A stretch of 64,000 nucleotides of DNA from Spironucleus salmonicida (lineage: Eukaryota): the NCBI RefSeq assembly GCF_000497125.1, contig NC_090600.1:496001-560000 (forward strand). Direction: 5' to 3'. The notes below the pieces were generated by a model. The model was not told where the DNA came from. It did no database searches and worked only from the letters and a program-made list of their open reading frames with translations. A program made the position numbers and the translations under genes. Shown here in pieces: positions 37,101 through 52,100 of the stretch (positions within the stretch are counted from its first letter, which is position 1; each line of letters opens with the position of its first letter).

Positions 37101-40100
37101 AGGATGCCCACCAGGCTGAAGCTGATCGCCTGAACGAACAACTAGGCTAGCAAGCCGCATCCTCCGAAGAACTTAAGCAGGAGATCTAAGACCACAGGGC
37201 CGCCGAGGAAGAGCAGGACGCTTAAATTCAAGCACTCCACGAAGAGCGTTCAACGCTCCAGACCTAGCTCGAACTTGCTACGGCGGTTACTGAATCCCAC
37301 GAGGTCACTTTCCAGACCGAAGTCGCCCAAGAATGCGCTGAGGTCCAATGTGGCGCAGAGCTGAACGACTTTGATACCCAGGCCACTGTCGACCTAGTGG
37401 TCGCTTCCACTCAACCGTCTTCCCGCGAGGATAGCGTGAATGAGGCCGCTCTCGCTCTTCAGGAGCAGAATGCCGAGCTTGTCGAGCAGATATCGCAGTT
37501 ACAGCAGGAGCTCTAGTCCAAACAGGCCGAGTCCCAGTAGAATACTACCGACTTAGAGGCTCTGAAAGCTTAGAACGAGTCCCTTGCCAAAGAGGTTTCG
37601 GACCTCTAGGCGTAGGCCGACGAGATCAAGGCCACGGCCGATGAAAATGTCGTGGCGCTCGCCGACGAGATCAAGCAACTGTAGGATGCCCACCAGGCTG
37701 AAGCTGATCGCCTGAACGAACAACTAGGCTAGCAAGCCGCATCCTCCGAAGAACTTAAGCAGGAGATCTAAGACCACAGGGCCGCCGAGGAAGAGCAGGA
37801 CGCTTAAATTCAAGCACTCCACGAAGAGCGTTCAACGCTCCAGACCTAGCTCGAACTTGCTACGGCGGTTACTGAATCCCACGAGGTCACTTTCCAGACC
37901 GAAGTCGCCCAAGAATGCGCTGAGGTCCAATGTGGCGCAGAGCTGAACGACTTTGATACCCAGGCCACTGTCGACCTAGTGGTCGCTTCCACTCAACCGT
38001 CTTCCCGCGAGGATAGCGTGAATGAGGCCGCTCTCGCTCTTCAGGAGCAGAATGCCGAGCTTGTCGAGCAGATATCGCAGTTACAGCAGGAGCTCGAGTC
38101 CAAACAGGCCGAGTCCCAGTAGAATACTACCGACTTAGAGGCTCTGAAAGCTTAGAACGAGTCCCTTGCCAAAGAGGTTTCGGACCTCTAGGCGTAGGCC
38201 GACGAGATCAAGGCCACGGCCGATGAAAATGTCGTGGCGCTCGCCGACGAGATCAAGCAACTGTAGGATGCCCACCAGGCTGAAGCTGATCGCCTGAACG
38301 AACAACTAGGCTAGCAAGCCGCATCCTCCGAAGAACTTAAGCAGGAGATCTAAGACCACAGGGCCGCCGAGGAAGAGCAGGACGCTTAAATTCAAGCACT
38401 CCACGAAGAGCGTTCAACGCTCCAGACCTAGCTCGAACTTGCTACGGCGGTTACTGAATCCCACGAGGTCACTTTCCAGACCGAAGTCGCCCAAGAATGC
38501 GCTGAGGTCCAATGTGGCGCAGAGCTGAACGACTTTGATACCCAGGCCACTGTCGACCTAGTGGTCGCTTCCACTCAACCGTCTTCCCGCGAGGATAGCG
38601 TGAATGAGGCCGCTCTCGCTCTTCAGGAGCAGAATGCCGAGCTTGTCGAGCAGATATCGCAGTTACAGCAGGAGCTCGAGTCCAAACAGGCCGAGTCCCA
38701 GTAGAATACTACCGACTTAGAGGCTCTGAAAGCTTAGAACGAGTCCCTTGCCAAAGAGGTTTCGGACCTCTAGGCGTAGGCCGACGAGATCAAGGCCACG
38801 GCCGATGAAAATGTCGTGGCGCTCGCCGACGAGATCAAGCAACTGTAGGATGCCCACCAGGCTGAAGCTGATCGCCTGAACGAACAACTAGGCTAGCAAG
38901 CCGCATCCTCCGAAGAACTTAAGCAGGAGATCTAAGACCACAGGGCCGCCGAGGAAGAGCAGGACGCTTAAATTCAAGCACTCCACGAAGAGCGTTCAAC
39001 GCTCCAGACCTAGCTCGAACTTGCTACGGCGGTTACTGAATCCCACGAGGTCACTTTCCAGACCGAAGTCGCCCAAGAATGCGCTGAGGTCCAATGTGGC
39101 GCAGAGCTGAACGACTTTGATACCCAGGCCACTGTCGACCTAGTGGTCGCTTCCACTCAACCGTCTTCCCGCGAGGATAGCGTGAATGAGGCCGCTCTCG
39201 CTCTTCAGGAGCAGAATGCCGAGCTTGTCGAGCAGATATCGCAGTTACAGCAGGAGCTCGAGTCCAAACAGGCCGAGTCCCAGTAGAATACTACCGACTT
39301 AGAGGCTCTGAAAGCTTAGAACGAGTCCCTTGCCAAAGAGGTTTCGGACCTCTAGGCGTAGGCCGACGAGATCAAGGCCACGGCCGATGAAAATGTCGTG
39401 GCGCTCGCCGACGAGATCAAGCAACTGTAGGATGCCCACCAGGCTGAAGCTGATCGCCTGAACGAACAACTAGGCTAGCAAGCCGCATCCTCCGAAGAAC
39501 TTAAGCAGGAGATCTAAGACCACAGGGCCGCCGAGGAAGAGCAGGACGCTTAAATTCAAGCACTCCACGAAGAGCGTTCAACGCTCCAGACCTAGCTCGA
39601 ACTTGCTACGGCGGTTACTGAATCCCACGAGGTCACTTTCCAGACCGAAGTCGCCCAAGAATGCGCTGAGGTCCAATGTGGCGCAGAGCTGAACGACTTT
39701 GATACCCAGGCCACTGTCGACCTAGTGGTCGCTTCCACTCAACCGTCTTCCCGCGAGGATAGCGTGAATGAGGCCGCTCTCGCTCTTCAGGAGCAGAATG
39801 CCGAGCTTGTCGAGCAGATATCGCAGTTACAGCAGGAGCTCGAGTCCAAACAGGCCGAGTCCCAGTAGAATACTACCGACTTAGAGGCTCTGAAAGCTTA
39901 GAACGAGTCCCTTGCCAAAGAGGTTTCGGACCTCTAGGCGTAGGCCGACGAGATCAAGGCCACGGCCGATGAAAATGTCGTGGCGCTCGCCGACGAGATC
40001 AAGCAACTGTAGGATGCCCACCAGGCTGAAGCTGATCGCCTGAACGAACAACTAGGCTAGCAAGCCGCATCCTCCGAAGAACTTAAGCAGGAGATCTAAG

Positions 40101-43100
40101 ACCACAGGGCCGCCGAGGAAGAGCAGGACGCTTAAATTCAAGCACTCCACGAAGAGCGTTCAACGCTCCAGACCTAGCTCGAACTTGCTACGGCGGTTAC
40201 TGAATCCCACGAGGTCACTTTCCAGACCGAAGTCGCCCAAGAATGCGCTGAGGTCCAATGTGGCGCAGAGCTGAACGACTTTGATACCCAGGCCACTGTC
40301 GACCTAGTGGTCGCTTCCACTCAACCGTCTTCCCGCGAGGATAGCGTGAATGAGGCCGCTCTCGCTCTTCAGGAGCAGAATGCCGAGCTTGTCGAGCAGA
40401 TATCGCAGTTACAGCAGGAGCTCTAGTCCAAACAGGCCGAGTCCCAGTAGAATACTACCGACTTAGAGGCTCTGAAAGCTTAGAACGAGTCCCTTGCCAA
40501 AGAGGTTTCGGACCTCTAGGCGTAGGCCGACGAGATCAAGGCCACGGCCGATGAAAATGTCGTGGCGCTCGCCGACGAGATCAAGCAACTGTAGGATGCC
40601 CACCAGGCTGAAGCTGATCGCCTGAACGAACAACTAGGCTAGCAAGCCGCATCCTCCGAAGAACTTAAGCAGGAGATCTAAGACCACAGGGCCGCCGAGG
40701 AAGAGCAGGACGCTTAAATTCAAGCACTCCACGAAGAGCGTTCAACGCTCCAGACCTAGCTCGAACTTGCTACGGCGGTTACTGAATCCCACGAGGTCAC
40801 TTTCCAGACCGAAGTCGCCCAAGAATGCGCTGAGGTCCAATGTGGCGCAGAGCTGAACGACTTTGATACCCAGGCCACTGTCGACCTAGTGGTCGCTTCC
40901 ACTCAACCGTCTTCCCGCGAGGATAGCGTGAATGAGGCCGCTCTCGCTCTTCAGGAGCAGAATGCCGAGCTTGTCGAGCAGATATCGCAGTTACAGCAGG
41001 AGCTCGAGTCCAAACAGGCCGAGTCCCAGTAGAATACTACCGACTTAGAGGCTCTGAAAGCTTAGAACGAGTCCCTTGCCAAAGAGGTTTCGGACCTCTA
41101 GGCGTAGGCCGACGAGATCAAGGCCACGGCCGATGAAAATGTCGTGGCGCTCGCCGACGAGATCAAGCAACTGTAGGATGCCCACCAGGCTGAAGCTGAT
41201 CGCCTGAACGAACAACTAGGCTAGCAAGCCGCATCCTCCGAAGAACTTAAGCAGGAGATCTAAGACCACAGGGCCGCCGAGGAAGAGCAGGACGCTTAAA
41301 TTCAAGCACTCCACGAAGAGCGTTCAACGCTCCAGACCTAGCTCGAACTTGCTACGGCGGTTACTGAATCCCACGAGGTCACTTTCCAGACCGAAGTCGC
41401 CCAAGAATGCGCTGAGGTCCAATGTGGCGCAGAGCTGAACGACTTTGATACCCAGGCCACTGTCGACCTAGTGGTCGCTTCCACTCAACCGTCTTCCCGC
41501 GAGGATAGCGTGAATGAGGCCGCTCTCGCTCTTCAGGAGCAGAATGCCGAGCTTGTCGAGCAGATATCGCAGTTACAGCAGGAGCTCGAGTCCAAACAGG
41601 CCGAGTCCCAGTAGAATACTACCGACTTAGAGGCTCTGAAAGCTTAGAACGAGTCCCTTGCCAAAGAGGTTTCGGACCTCTAGGCGTAGGCCGACGAGAT
41701 CAAGGCCACGGCCGATGAAAATGTCGTGGCGCTCGCCGACGAGATCAAGCAACTGTAGGATGCCCACCAGGCTGAAGCTGATCGCCTGAACGAACAACTA
41801 GGCTAGCAAGCCGCATCCTCCGAAGAACTTAAGCAGGAGATCTAAGACCACAGGGCCGCCGAGGAAGAGCAGGACGCTTAAATTCAAGCACTCCACGAAG
41901 AGCGTTCAACGCTCCAGACCTAGCTCGAACTTGCTACGGCGGTTACTGAATCCCACGAGGTCACTTTCCAGACCGAAGTCGCCCAAGAATGCGCTGAGGT
42001 CCAATGTGGCGCAGAGCTGAACGACTTTGATACCCAGGCCACTGTCGACCTAGTGGTCGCTTCCACTCAACCGTCTTCCCGCGAGGATAGCGTGAATGAG
42101 GCCGCTCTCGCTCTTCAGGAGCAGAATGCCGAGCTTGTCGAGCAGATATCGCAGTTACAGCAGGAGCTCGAGTCCAAACAGGCCGAGTCCCAGTAGAATA
42201 CTACCGACTTAGAGGCTCTGAAAGCTTAGAACGAGTCCCTTGCCAAAGAGGTTTCGGACCTCTAGGCGTAGGCCGACGAGATCAAGGCCACGGCCGATGA
42301 AAATGTCGTGGCGCTCGCCGACGAGATCAAGCAACTGTAGGATGCCCACCAGGCTGAAGCTGATCGCCTGAACGAACAACTAGGCTAGCAAGCCGCATCC
42401 TCCGAAGAACTTAAGCAGGAGATCTAAGACCACAGGGCCGCCGAGGAAGAGCAGGACGCTTAAATTCAAGCACTCCACGAAGAGCGTTCAACGCTCCAGA
42501 CCTAGCTCGAACTTGCTACGGCGGTTACTGAATCCCACGAGGTCACTTTCCAGACCGAAGTCGCCCAAGAATGCGCTGAGGTCCAATGTGGCGCAGAGCT
42601 GAACGACTTTGATACCCAGGCCACTGTCGACCTAGTGGTCGCTTCCACTCAACCGTCTTCCCGCGAGGATAGCGTGAATGAGGCCGCTCTCGCTCTTCAG
42701 GAGCAGAATGCCGAGCTTGTCGAGCAGATATCGCAGTTACAGCAGGAGCTCGAGTCCAAACAGGCCGAGTCCCAGTAGAATACTACCGACTTAGAGGCTC
42801 TGAAAGCTTAGAACGAGTCCCTTGCCAAAGAGGTTTCGGACCTCTAGGCGTAGGCCGACGAGATCAAGGCCACGGCCGATGAAAATGTCGTGGCGCTCGC
42901 CGACGAGATCAAGCAACTGTAGGATGCCCACCAGGCTGAAGCTGATCGCCTGAACGAACAACTAGGCTAGCAAGCCGCATCCTCCGAAGAACTTAAGCAG
43001 GAGATCTAAGACCACAGGGCCGCCGAGGAAGAGCAGGACGCTTAAATTCAAGCACTCCACGAAGAGCGTTCAACGCTCCAGACCTAGCTCGAACTTGCTA

Positions 43101-46100
43101 CGGCGGTTACTGAATCCCACGAGGTCACTTTCCAGACCGAAGTCGCCCAAGAATGCGCTGAGGTCCAATGTGGCGCAGAGCTGAACGACTTTGATACCCA
43201 GGCCACTGTCGACCTAGTGGTCGCTTCCACTCAACCGTCTTCCCGCGAGGATAGCGTGAATGAGGCCGCTCTCGCTCTTCAGGAGCAGAATGCCGAGCTT
43301 GTCGAGCAGATATCGCAGTTACAGCAGGAGCTCGAGTCCAAACAGGCCGAGTCCCAGCAGCCAATCGCCACCCTCGAGCCCGCCGCAGACACACCCGTAA
43401 TGGTCGCACAGACCAGTTAGACTGAAGTCGCCCTCGACTAGCTTGAGGCTCTCTAGGCCCAGGCCGAAGAACAGCGCGCGGCGTACGAACAATAGCTAAC
43501 TGCCCTCAACGAGGAACTAGAGGAGTTGAAGCTGAGCGAATCAGACTTGATCGCAGAAAACGACGAACTTCAAGGCAAGGTCGACGAGCTTGAGGAAGTT
43601 CTCGAATACGTCAACCAGCAGAGCACTTCTAAGCGCGACTCTATCGGCCTCCTCGGCAGGGAGCTCGATGACTTTAAGGACGCCTTCAAGCAGCTTTCTA
43701 CCTCCAACGAGGAAACCCTGCGCGAGGTAGCCGCATTGCGTGCCGATAAGCAACTACTCCAGAGCGAGGTTGAAGAGCTTCGCAACCAAATGCAGAACCT
43801 CGCCGAGCAGCTAGAAGATACCCAGCGCGAGAACACCGCCGCCCAGGACGCAACTACCGACCTCTAAGAACGTCTTGCACGCGAAACCGAGTCTCTCACC
43901 CGCACCGTGGCCGAAAAGGAGCAGGCTGTCTACCAGTTACAGCAGGAGCTCGAGTCCAAACAGGCCGAGTCCCAGCAGCCAATCGCCACCCTCGAGCCCG
44001 CCGCAGGCACACCCGTAATGGTCGCACAGACCAGTTAGACTGAAGTCGCCCTCGACTAGCTTGAGGCTCTCTAGGCCCAGGCCGAAGAACAGCGCGCGGC
44101 GTACGAACAATAGCTAACTGCCCTCAACGAGGAACTAGAGGAGTTGAAGCTGAGCGAATCAGACTTGATCGCAGAAAACGACGAACTTCAAGGCAAGGTC
44201 GACGAGCTTGAGGAAGTTCTCGAATACGTCAACCAGCAGAGCACTTCTAAGCGCGACTCTATCGGCCTCCTCGGCAGGGAGCTCGATGACTTTAAGGACG
44301 CCTTCAAGCAGCTTTCTACCTCCAACGAGGAAACCCTGCGCGAGGTAGCCGCATTGCGTGCCGATAAGCAACTACTCCAGAGCGAGGTTGAAGAGCTTCG
44401 CAACCAAATGCAGAACCTCGCCGAGCAGCTAGAAGATACCCAGCGCGAGAACACCGCCGCCCAGGACGCAACTACCGACCTCTAAGAACGTCTTGCACGC
44501 GAAACCGAGTCTCTCACCCGCACCGTGGCCGAAAAGGAGCAGGCTGTCTACCAGTTACAGCAGGAGCTCGAGTCCAAACAGGCCGAGTCCCAGCAGCCAA
44601 TCGCCACCCTCGAGCCCGCCGCAGACACACCCGTAATGGTCGCACAGACCAGTTAGACTGAAGTCGCCCTCGACTAGCTTGAGGCTCTCTAGGCCCAGGC
44701 CGAAGAACAGCGCGCGGCGTACGAACAATAGCTAACTGCCCTCAACGAGGAACTAGAGGAGTTGAAGCTGAGCGAATCAGACTTGATCGCAGAAAACGAC
44801 GAACTTCAAGGCAAGGTCGACGAGCTTGAGGAAGTTCTCGAATACGTCAACCAGCAGAGCACTTCTAAGCGCGACTCTATCGGCCTCCTCGACAGGGAGC
44901 TCGATGACTTTAAGGACGCCTTCAAGCAGCTTTCTACCTCCAACGAGGAAACCCTGCGCGAGGTAGCCGCATTGCGTGCCGATAAGCAACTACTCCAGAG
45001 CGAGGTTGAAGAGCTTCGCAACCAAATGCAGAACCTCGCCGAGCAGCTAGAAGATACCCAGCGCGAGAACACCGCCGCCCAGGACGCAACTACCGACCTC
45101 TAAGAACGTCTTGCACGCGAAACCGAGTCTCTCACCCGCACCGTGGCCGAAAAGGAGCAGGCTGTCTACCAGTTACAGCAGGAGCTCGAGTCCAAACAGG
45201 CCGAGTCCCAGCAGCCAATCGCCACCCTCGAGCCCGCCGCAGACACACCCGTAATGGTCGCACAGACCAGTTAGACTGAAGTCGCCCTCGACTAGCTTGA
45301 GGCTCTCTAGGCCCAGGCCGAAGAACAGCGCGCGGCGTACGAACAATAGCTAACTGCCCTCAACGAGGAACTAGAGGAGTTGAAGCTGAGCGAATCAGAC
45401 TTGATCGCAGAAAACGACGAACTTCAAGGCAAGGTCGACGAGCTTGAGGAAGTTCTCGAATACGTCAACCAGCAGAGCACTTCTAAGCGCGACTCTATCG
45501 GCCTCCTCGACAGGGAGCTCGATGACTTTAAGGACGCCTTCAAGCAGCTTTCTACCTCCAACGAGGAAACCCTGCGCGAGGTAGCCGCATTGCGTGCCGA
45601 TAAGCAACTACTCCAGAGCGAGGTTGAAGAGCTTCGCAACCAAATGCAGAACCTCGCCGAGCAGCTAGAAGATACCCAGCGCGAGAACACCGCCGCCCAG
45701 GACGCAACTACCGACCTCTAAGAACGTCTTGCACGCGAAACCGAGTCTCTCACCCGCACCGTGGCCGAAAAGGAGCAGGCTGTCTACCAGTTACAGCAGG
45801 AGCTCGAGTCCAAACAGGCCGAGTCCCAGCAGCCAATCGCCACCCTCGAGCCCGCCGCAGGCACACCCGTAATGGTCGCACAGACCAGTTAGACTGAAGT
45901 CGCCCTCGACTAGCTTGAGGCTCTCTAGGCCCAGGCCGAAGAACAGCGCGCGGCGTACGAACAATAGCTAACTGCCCTCAACGAGGAACTAGAGGAGTTG
46001 AAGCTGAGCGAATCAGACTTGATCGCAGAAAACGACGAACTTCAAGGCAAGGTCGACGAGCTTGAGGAAGTTCTCGAATACGTCAACCAGCAGAGCACTT

Positions 46101-49100
46101 CTAAGCGCGACTCTATCGGCCTCCTCGACAGGGAGCTCGATGACTTTAAGGACGCCTTCAAGCAGCTTTCTACCTCCAACGAGGAAACCCTGCGCGAGGT
46201 AGCCGCATTGCGTGCCGATAAGCAACTACTCCAGAGCGAGGTTGAAGAGCTTCGCAACCAAATGCAGAACCTCGCCGAGCAGCTAGAAGATACCCAGCGC
46301 GAGAACACCGCCGCCCAGGACGCAACTACCGACCTCTAAGAACGTCTTGCACGCGAAACCGAGTCTCTCACCCGCACCGTGGCCGAAAAGGAGCAGGCTG
46401 TCTACCAGTTACAGCAGGAGCTCGAGTCCAAACAGGCCGAGTCCCAGCAGCCAATCGCCACCCTCGAGCCCGCCGCAGACACACCCGTAATGGTCGCACA
46501 GACCAGTTAGACTGAAGTCGCCCTCGACTAGCTTGAGGCTCTCTAGGCCCAGGCCGAAGAACAGCGCGCGGCGTACGAACAATAGCTAACTGCCCTCAAC
46601 GAGGAACTAGAGGAGTTGAAGCTGAGCGAATCAGACTTGATCGCAGAAAACGACGAACTTCAAGGCAAGGTCGACGAGCTTGAGGAAGTTCTCGAATACG
46701 TCAACCAGCAGAGCACTTCTAAGCGCGACTCTATCGGCCTCCTCGACAGGGAGCTCGATGACTTTAAGGACGCCTTCAAGCAGCTTTCTACCTCCAACGA
46801 GGAAACCCTGCGCGAGGTAGCCGCATTGCGTGCCGATAAGCAACTACTCCAGAGCGAGGTTGAAGAGCTTCGCAACCAAATGCAGAACCTCGCCGAGCAG
46901 CTAGAAGATACCCAGCGCGAGAACACCGCCGCCCAGGACGCAACTACCGACCTCTAAGAACGTCTTGCACGCGAAACCGAGTCTCTCACCCGCACCGTGG
47001 CCGAAAAGGAGCAGGCTGTCTACCAGTTACAGCAGGAGCTCGAGTCCAAACAGGCCGAGTCCCAGCAGCCAATCGCCACCCTCGAGCCCGCCGCAGACAC
47101 ACCCGTAATGGTCGCACAGACCAGTTAGACTGAAGTCGCCCTCGACTAGCTTGAGGCTCTCTAGGCCCAGGCCGAAGAACAGCGCGCGGCGTACGAACAA
47201 TAGCTAACTGCCCTCAACGAGGAACTAGAGGAGTTGAAGCTGAGCGAATCAGACTTGATCGCAGAAAACGACGAACTTCAAGGCAAGGTCGACGAGCTTG
47301 AGGAAGTTCTCGAATACGTCAACCAGCAGAGCACTTCTAAGCGCGACTCTATCGGCCTCCTCGACAGGGAGCTCGATGACTTTAAGGACGCCTTCAAGCA
47401 GCTTTCTACCTCCAACGAGGAAACCCTGCGCGAGGTAGCCGCATTGCGTGCCGATAAGCAACTACTCCAGAGCGAGGTTGAAGAGCTTCGCAACCAAATG
47501 CAGAACCTCGCCGAGCAGCTAGAAGATACCCAGCGCGAGAACACCGCCGCCCAGGACGCAACTACCGACCTCTAAGAACGTCTTGCACGCGAAACCGAGT
47601 CTCTCACCCGCACCGTGGCCGAAAAGGAGCAGGCTGTCTACCAGTTACAGCAGGAGCTCGAGTCCAAACAGGCCGAGTCCCAGCAGCCAATCGCCACCCT
47701 CGAGCCCGCCGCAGGCACACCCGTAATGGTCGCACAGACCAGTTAGACTGAAGTCGCCCTCGACTAGCTTGAGGCTCTCTAGGCCCAGGCCGAAGAACAG
47801 CGCGCGGCGTACGAACAATAGCTAACTGCCCTCAACGAGGAACTAGAGGAGTTGAAGCTGAGCGAATCAGACTTGATCGCAGAAAACGACGAACTTCAAG
47901 GCAAGGTCGACGAGCTTGAGGAAGTTCTCGAATACGTCAACCAGCAGAGCACTTCTAAGCGCGACTCTATCGGCCTCCTCGGCAGGGAGCTCGATGACTT
48001 TAAGGACGCCTTCAAGCAGCTTTCTACCTCCAACGAGGAAACCCTGCGCGAGGTAGCCGCATTGCGTGCCGATAAGCAACTACTCCAGAGCGAGGTTGAA
48101 GAGCTTCGCAACCAAATGCAGAACCTCGCCGAGCAGCTAGAAGATACCCAGCGCGAGAACACCGCCGCCCAGGACGCAACTACCGACCTCTAAGAACGTC
48201 TTGCACGCGAAACCGAGTCTCTCACCCGCACCGTGGCCGAAAAGGAGCAGGCTGTCTACCAGTTACAGCAGGAGCTCGAGTCCAAACAGGCCGAGTCCCA
48301 GCAGCCAATCGCCACCCTCGAGCCCGCCGCAGGCACACCCGTAATGGTCGCACAGACCAGTTAGACTGAAGTCGCCCTCGACTAGCTTGAGGCTCTCTAG
48401 GCCCAGGCCGAAGAACAGCGCGCGGCGTACGAACAATAGCTAACTGCCCTCAACGAGGAACTAGAGGAGTTGAAGCTGAGCGAATCAGACTTGATCGCAG
48501 AAAACGACGAACTTCAAGGCAAGGTCGACGAGCTTGAGGAAGTTCTCGAATACGTCAACCAGCAGAGCACTTCTAAGCGCGACTCTATCGGCCTCCTCGG
48601 CAGGGAGCTCGATGACTTTAAGGACGCCTTCAAGCAGCTTTCTACCTCCAACGAGGAAACCCTGCGCGAGGTAGCCGCATTGCGTGCCGATAAGCAACTA
48701 CTCCAGAGCGAGGTTGAAGAGCTTCGCAACCAAATGCAGAACCTCGCCGAGCAGCTAGAAGATACCCAGCGCGAGAACACCGCCGCCCAGGACGCAACTA
48801 CCGACCTCTAAGAACGTCTTGCACGCGAAACCGAGTCTCTCACCCGCACCGTGGCCGAAAAGGAGCAGGCTGTCTACCAGTTACAGCAGGAGCTCGAGTC
48901 CAAACAGGCCGAGTCCCAGCAGCCAATCGCCACCCTCGAGCCCGCCGCAGGCACACCCGTAATGGTCGCACAGACCAGTTAGACTGAAGTCGCCCTCGAC
49001 TAGCTTGAGGCTCTCTAGGCCCAGGCCGAAGAACAGCGCGCGGCGTACGAACAATAGCTAACTGCCCTCAACGAGGAACTAGAGGAGTTGAAGCTGAGCG

Positions 49101-52100
49101 AATCAGACTTGATCGCAGAAAACGACGAACTTCAAGGCAAGGTCGACGAGCTTGAGGAAGTTCTCGAATACGTCAACCAGCAGAGCACTTCTAAGCGCGA
49201 CTCTATCGGCCTCCTCGACAGGGAGCTCGATGACTTTAAGGACGCCTTCAAGCAGCTTTCTACCTCCAACGAGGAAACCCTGCGCGAGGTAGCCGCATTG
49301 CGTGCCGATAAGCAACTACTCCAGAGCGAGGTTGAAGAGCTTCGCAACCAAATGCAGAACCTCGCCGAGCAGCTAGAAGATACCCAGCGCGAGAACACCG
49401 CCGCCCAGGACGCAACTACCGACCTCTAAGAACGTCTTGCACGCGAAACCGAGTCTCTCACCCGCACCGTGGCCGAAAAGGAGCAGGCTGTCTACCAGTT
49501 ACAGCAGGAGCTCGAGTCCAAACAGGCCGAGTCCCAGCAGCCAATCGCCACCCTCGAGCCCGCCGCAGACACACCCGTAATGGTCGCACAGACCAGTTAG
49601 ACTGAAGTCGCCCTCGACTAGCTTGAGGCTCTCTAGGCCCAGGCCGAAGAACAGCGCGCGGCGTACGAACAATAGCTAACTGCCCTCAACGAGGAACTAG
49701 AGGAGTTGAAGCTGAGCGAATCAGACTTGATCGCAGAAAACGACGAACTTCAAGGCAAGGTCGACGAGCTTGAGGAAGTTCTCGAATACGTCAACCAGCA
49801 GAGCACTTCTAAGCGCGACTCTATCGGCCTCCTCGACAGGGAGCTCGATGACTTTAAGGACGCCTTCAAGCAGCTTTCTACCTCCAACGAGGAAACCCTG
49901 CGCGAGGTAGCCGCATTGCGTGCCGATAAGCAACTACTCCAGAGCGAGGTTGAAGAGCTTCGCAACCAAATGCAGAACCTCGCCGAGCAGCTAGAAGATA
50001 CCCAGCGCGAGAACACCGCCGCCCAGGACGCAACTACCGACCTCTAAGAACGTCTTGCACGCGAAACCGAGTCTCTCACCCGCACCGTGGCCGAAAAGGA
50101 GCAGGCTGTCTACCAGTTACAGCAGGAGCTCGAGTCCAAACAGGCCGAGTCCCAGCAGCCAATCGCCACCCTCGAGCCCGCCGCAGGCACACCCGTAATG
50201 GTCGCACAGACCAGTTAGACTGAAGTCGCCCTCGACTAGCTTGAGGCTCTCTAGGCCCAGGCCGAAGAACAGCGCGCGGCGTACGAACAATAGCTAACTG
50301 CCCTCAACGAGGAACTAGAGGAGTTGAAGCTGAGCGAATCAGACTTGATCGCAGAAAACGACGAACTTCAAGGCAAGGTCGACGAGCTTGAGGAAGTTCT
50401 CGAATACGTCAACCAGCAGAGCACTTCTAAGCGCGACTCTATCGGCCTCCTCGCAGGGAGCTCGATGACTTTAAGGACGCCTTCAAGCAGCTTTCTACCT
50501 CCAACGAGGAAACCCTGCGCGAGGTAGCCGCATTGCGTGCCGATAAGCAACTACTCCAGAGCGAGGTTGAAGAGCTTCGCAACCAAATGCAGAACCTCGC
50601 CGAGCAGCTAGAAGATACCCAGCGCGAGAACACCGCCGCCCAGGACGCAACTACCGACCTCTAAGAACGTCTTGCACGCGAAACCGAGTCTCTCACCCGC
50701 ACCGTGGCCGAAAAGGAGCAGGCTGTCTACCAGTTACAGCAGGAGCTCGAGTCCAAACAGGCCGAGTCCCAGCAGCCAATCGCCACCCTCGAGCCCGCCG
50801 CAGACACACCCGTAATGGTCGCACAGACCAGTTAGACTGAAGTCGCCCTCGACTAGCTTGAGGCTCTCTAGGCCCAGGCCGAAGAACAGCGCGCGGCGTA
50901 CGAACAATAGCTAACTGCCCTCAACGAGGAACTAGAGGAGTTGAAGCTGAGCGAATCAGACTTGATCGCAGAAAACGACGAACTTCAAGGCAAGGTCGAC
51001 GAGCTTGAGGAAGTTCTCGAATACGTCAACCAGCAGAGCACTTCTAAGCGCGACTCTATCGGCCTCCTCGGCAGGGAGCTCGATGACTTTAAGGACGCCT
51101 TCAAGCAGCTTTCTACCTCCAACGAGGAAACCCTGCGCGAGGTAGCCGCATTGCGTGCCGATAAGCAACTACTCCAGAGCGAGGTTGAAGAGCTTCGCAA
51201 CCAAATGCAGAACCTCGCCGAGCAGCTAGAAGATACCCAGCGCGAGAACACCGCCGCCCAGGACGCAACTACCGACCTCTAAGAACGTCTTGCACGCGAA
51301 ACCGAGTCTCTCACCCGCACCGTGGCCGAAAAGGAGCAGGCTGTCTACCAGTTACAGCAGGAGCTCGAGTCCAAACAGGCCGAGTCCCAGCAGCCAATCG
51401 CCACCCTCGAGCCCGCCGCAGGCACACCCGTAATGGTCGCACAGACCAGTTAGACTGAAGTCGCCCTCGACTAGCTTGAGGCTCTCTAGGCCCAGGCCGA
51501 AGAACAGCGCGCGGCGTACGAACAATAGCTAACTGCCCTCAACGAGGAACTAGAGGAGTTGAAGCTGAGCGAATCAGACTTGATCGCAGAAAACGACGAA
51601 CTTCAAGGCAAGGTCGACGAGCTTGAGGAAGTTCTCGAATACGTCAACCAGCAGAGCACTTCTAAGCGCGACTCTATCGGCCTCCTCGGCAGGGAGCTCG
51701 ATGACTTTAAGGACGCCTTCAAGCAGCTTTCTACCTCCAACGAGGAAACCCTGCGCGAGGTAGCCGCATTGCGTGCCGATAAGCAACTACTCCAGAGCGA
51801 GGTTGAAGAGCTTCGCAACCAAATGCAGAACCTCGCCGAGCAGCTAGAAGATACCCAGCGCGAGAACACCGCCGCCCAGGACGCAACTACCGACCTCTAA
51901 GAACGTCTTGCACGCGAAACCGAGTCTCTCACCCGCACCGTGGCCGAAAAGGAGCAGGCTGTCTACCAGTTACAGCAGGAGCTCGAGTCCAAACAGGCCG
52001 AGTCCCAGCAGCCAATCGCCACCCTCGAGCCCGCCGCAGACACACCCGTAATGGTCGCACAGACCAGTTAGACTGAAGTCGCCCTCGACTAGCTTGAGGC

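Noticed and set aside
35160-43357. Apparently non-coding repeat (almost no ORFs in the track)
   Set aside because: Fully open in the frame of ATG 34139; it is only rich in TAG/TAA Gln codons.
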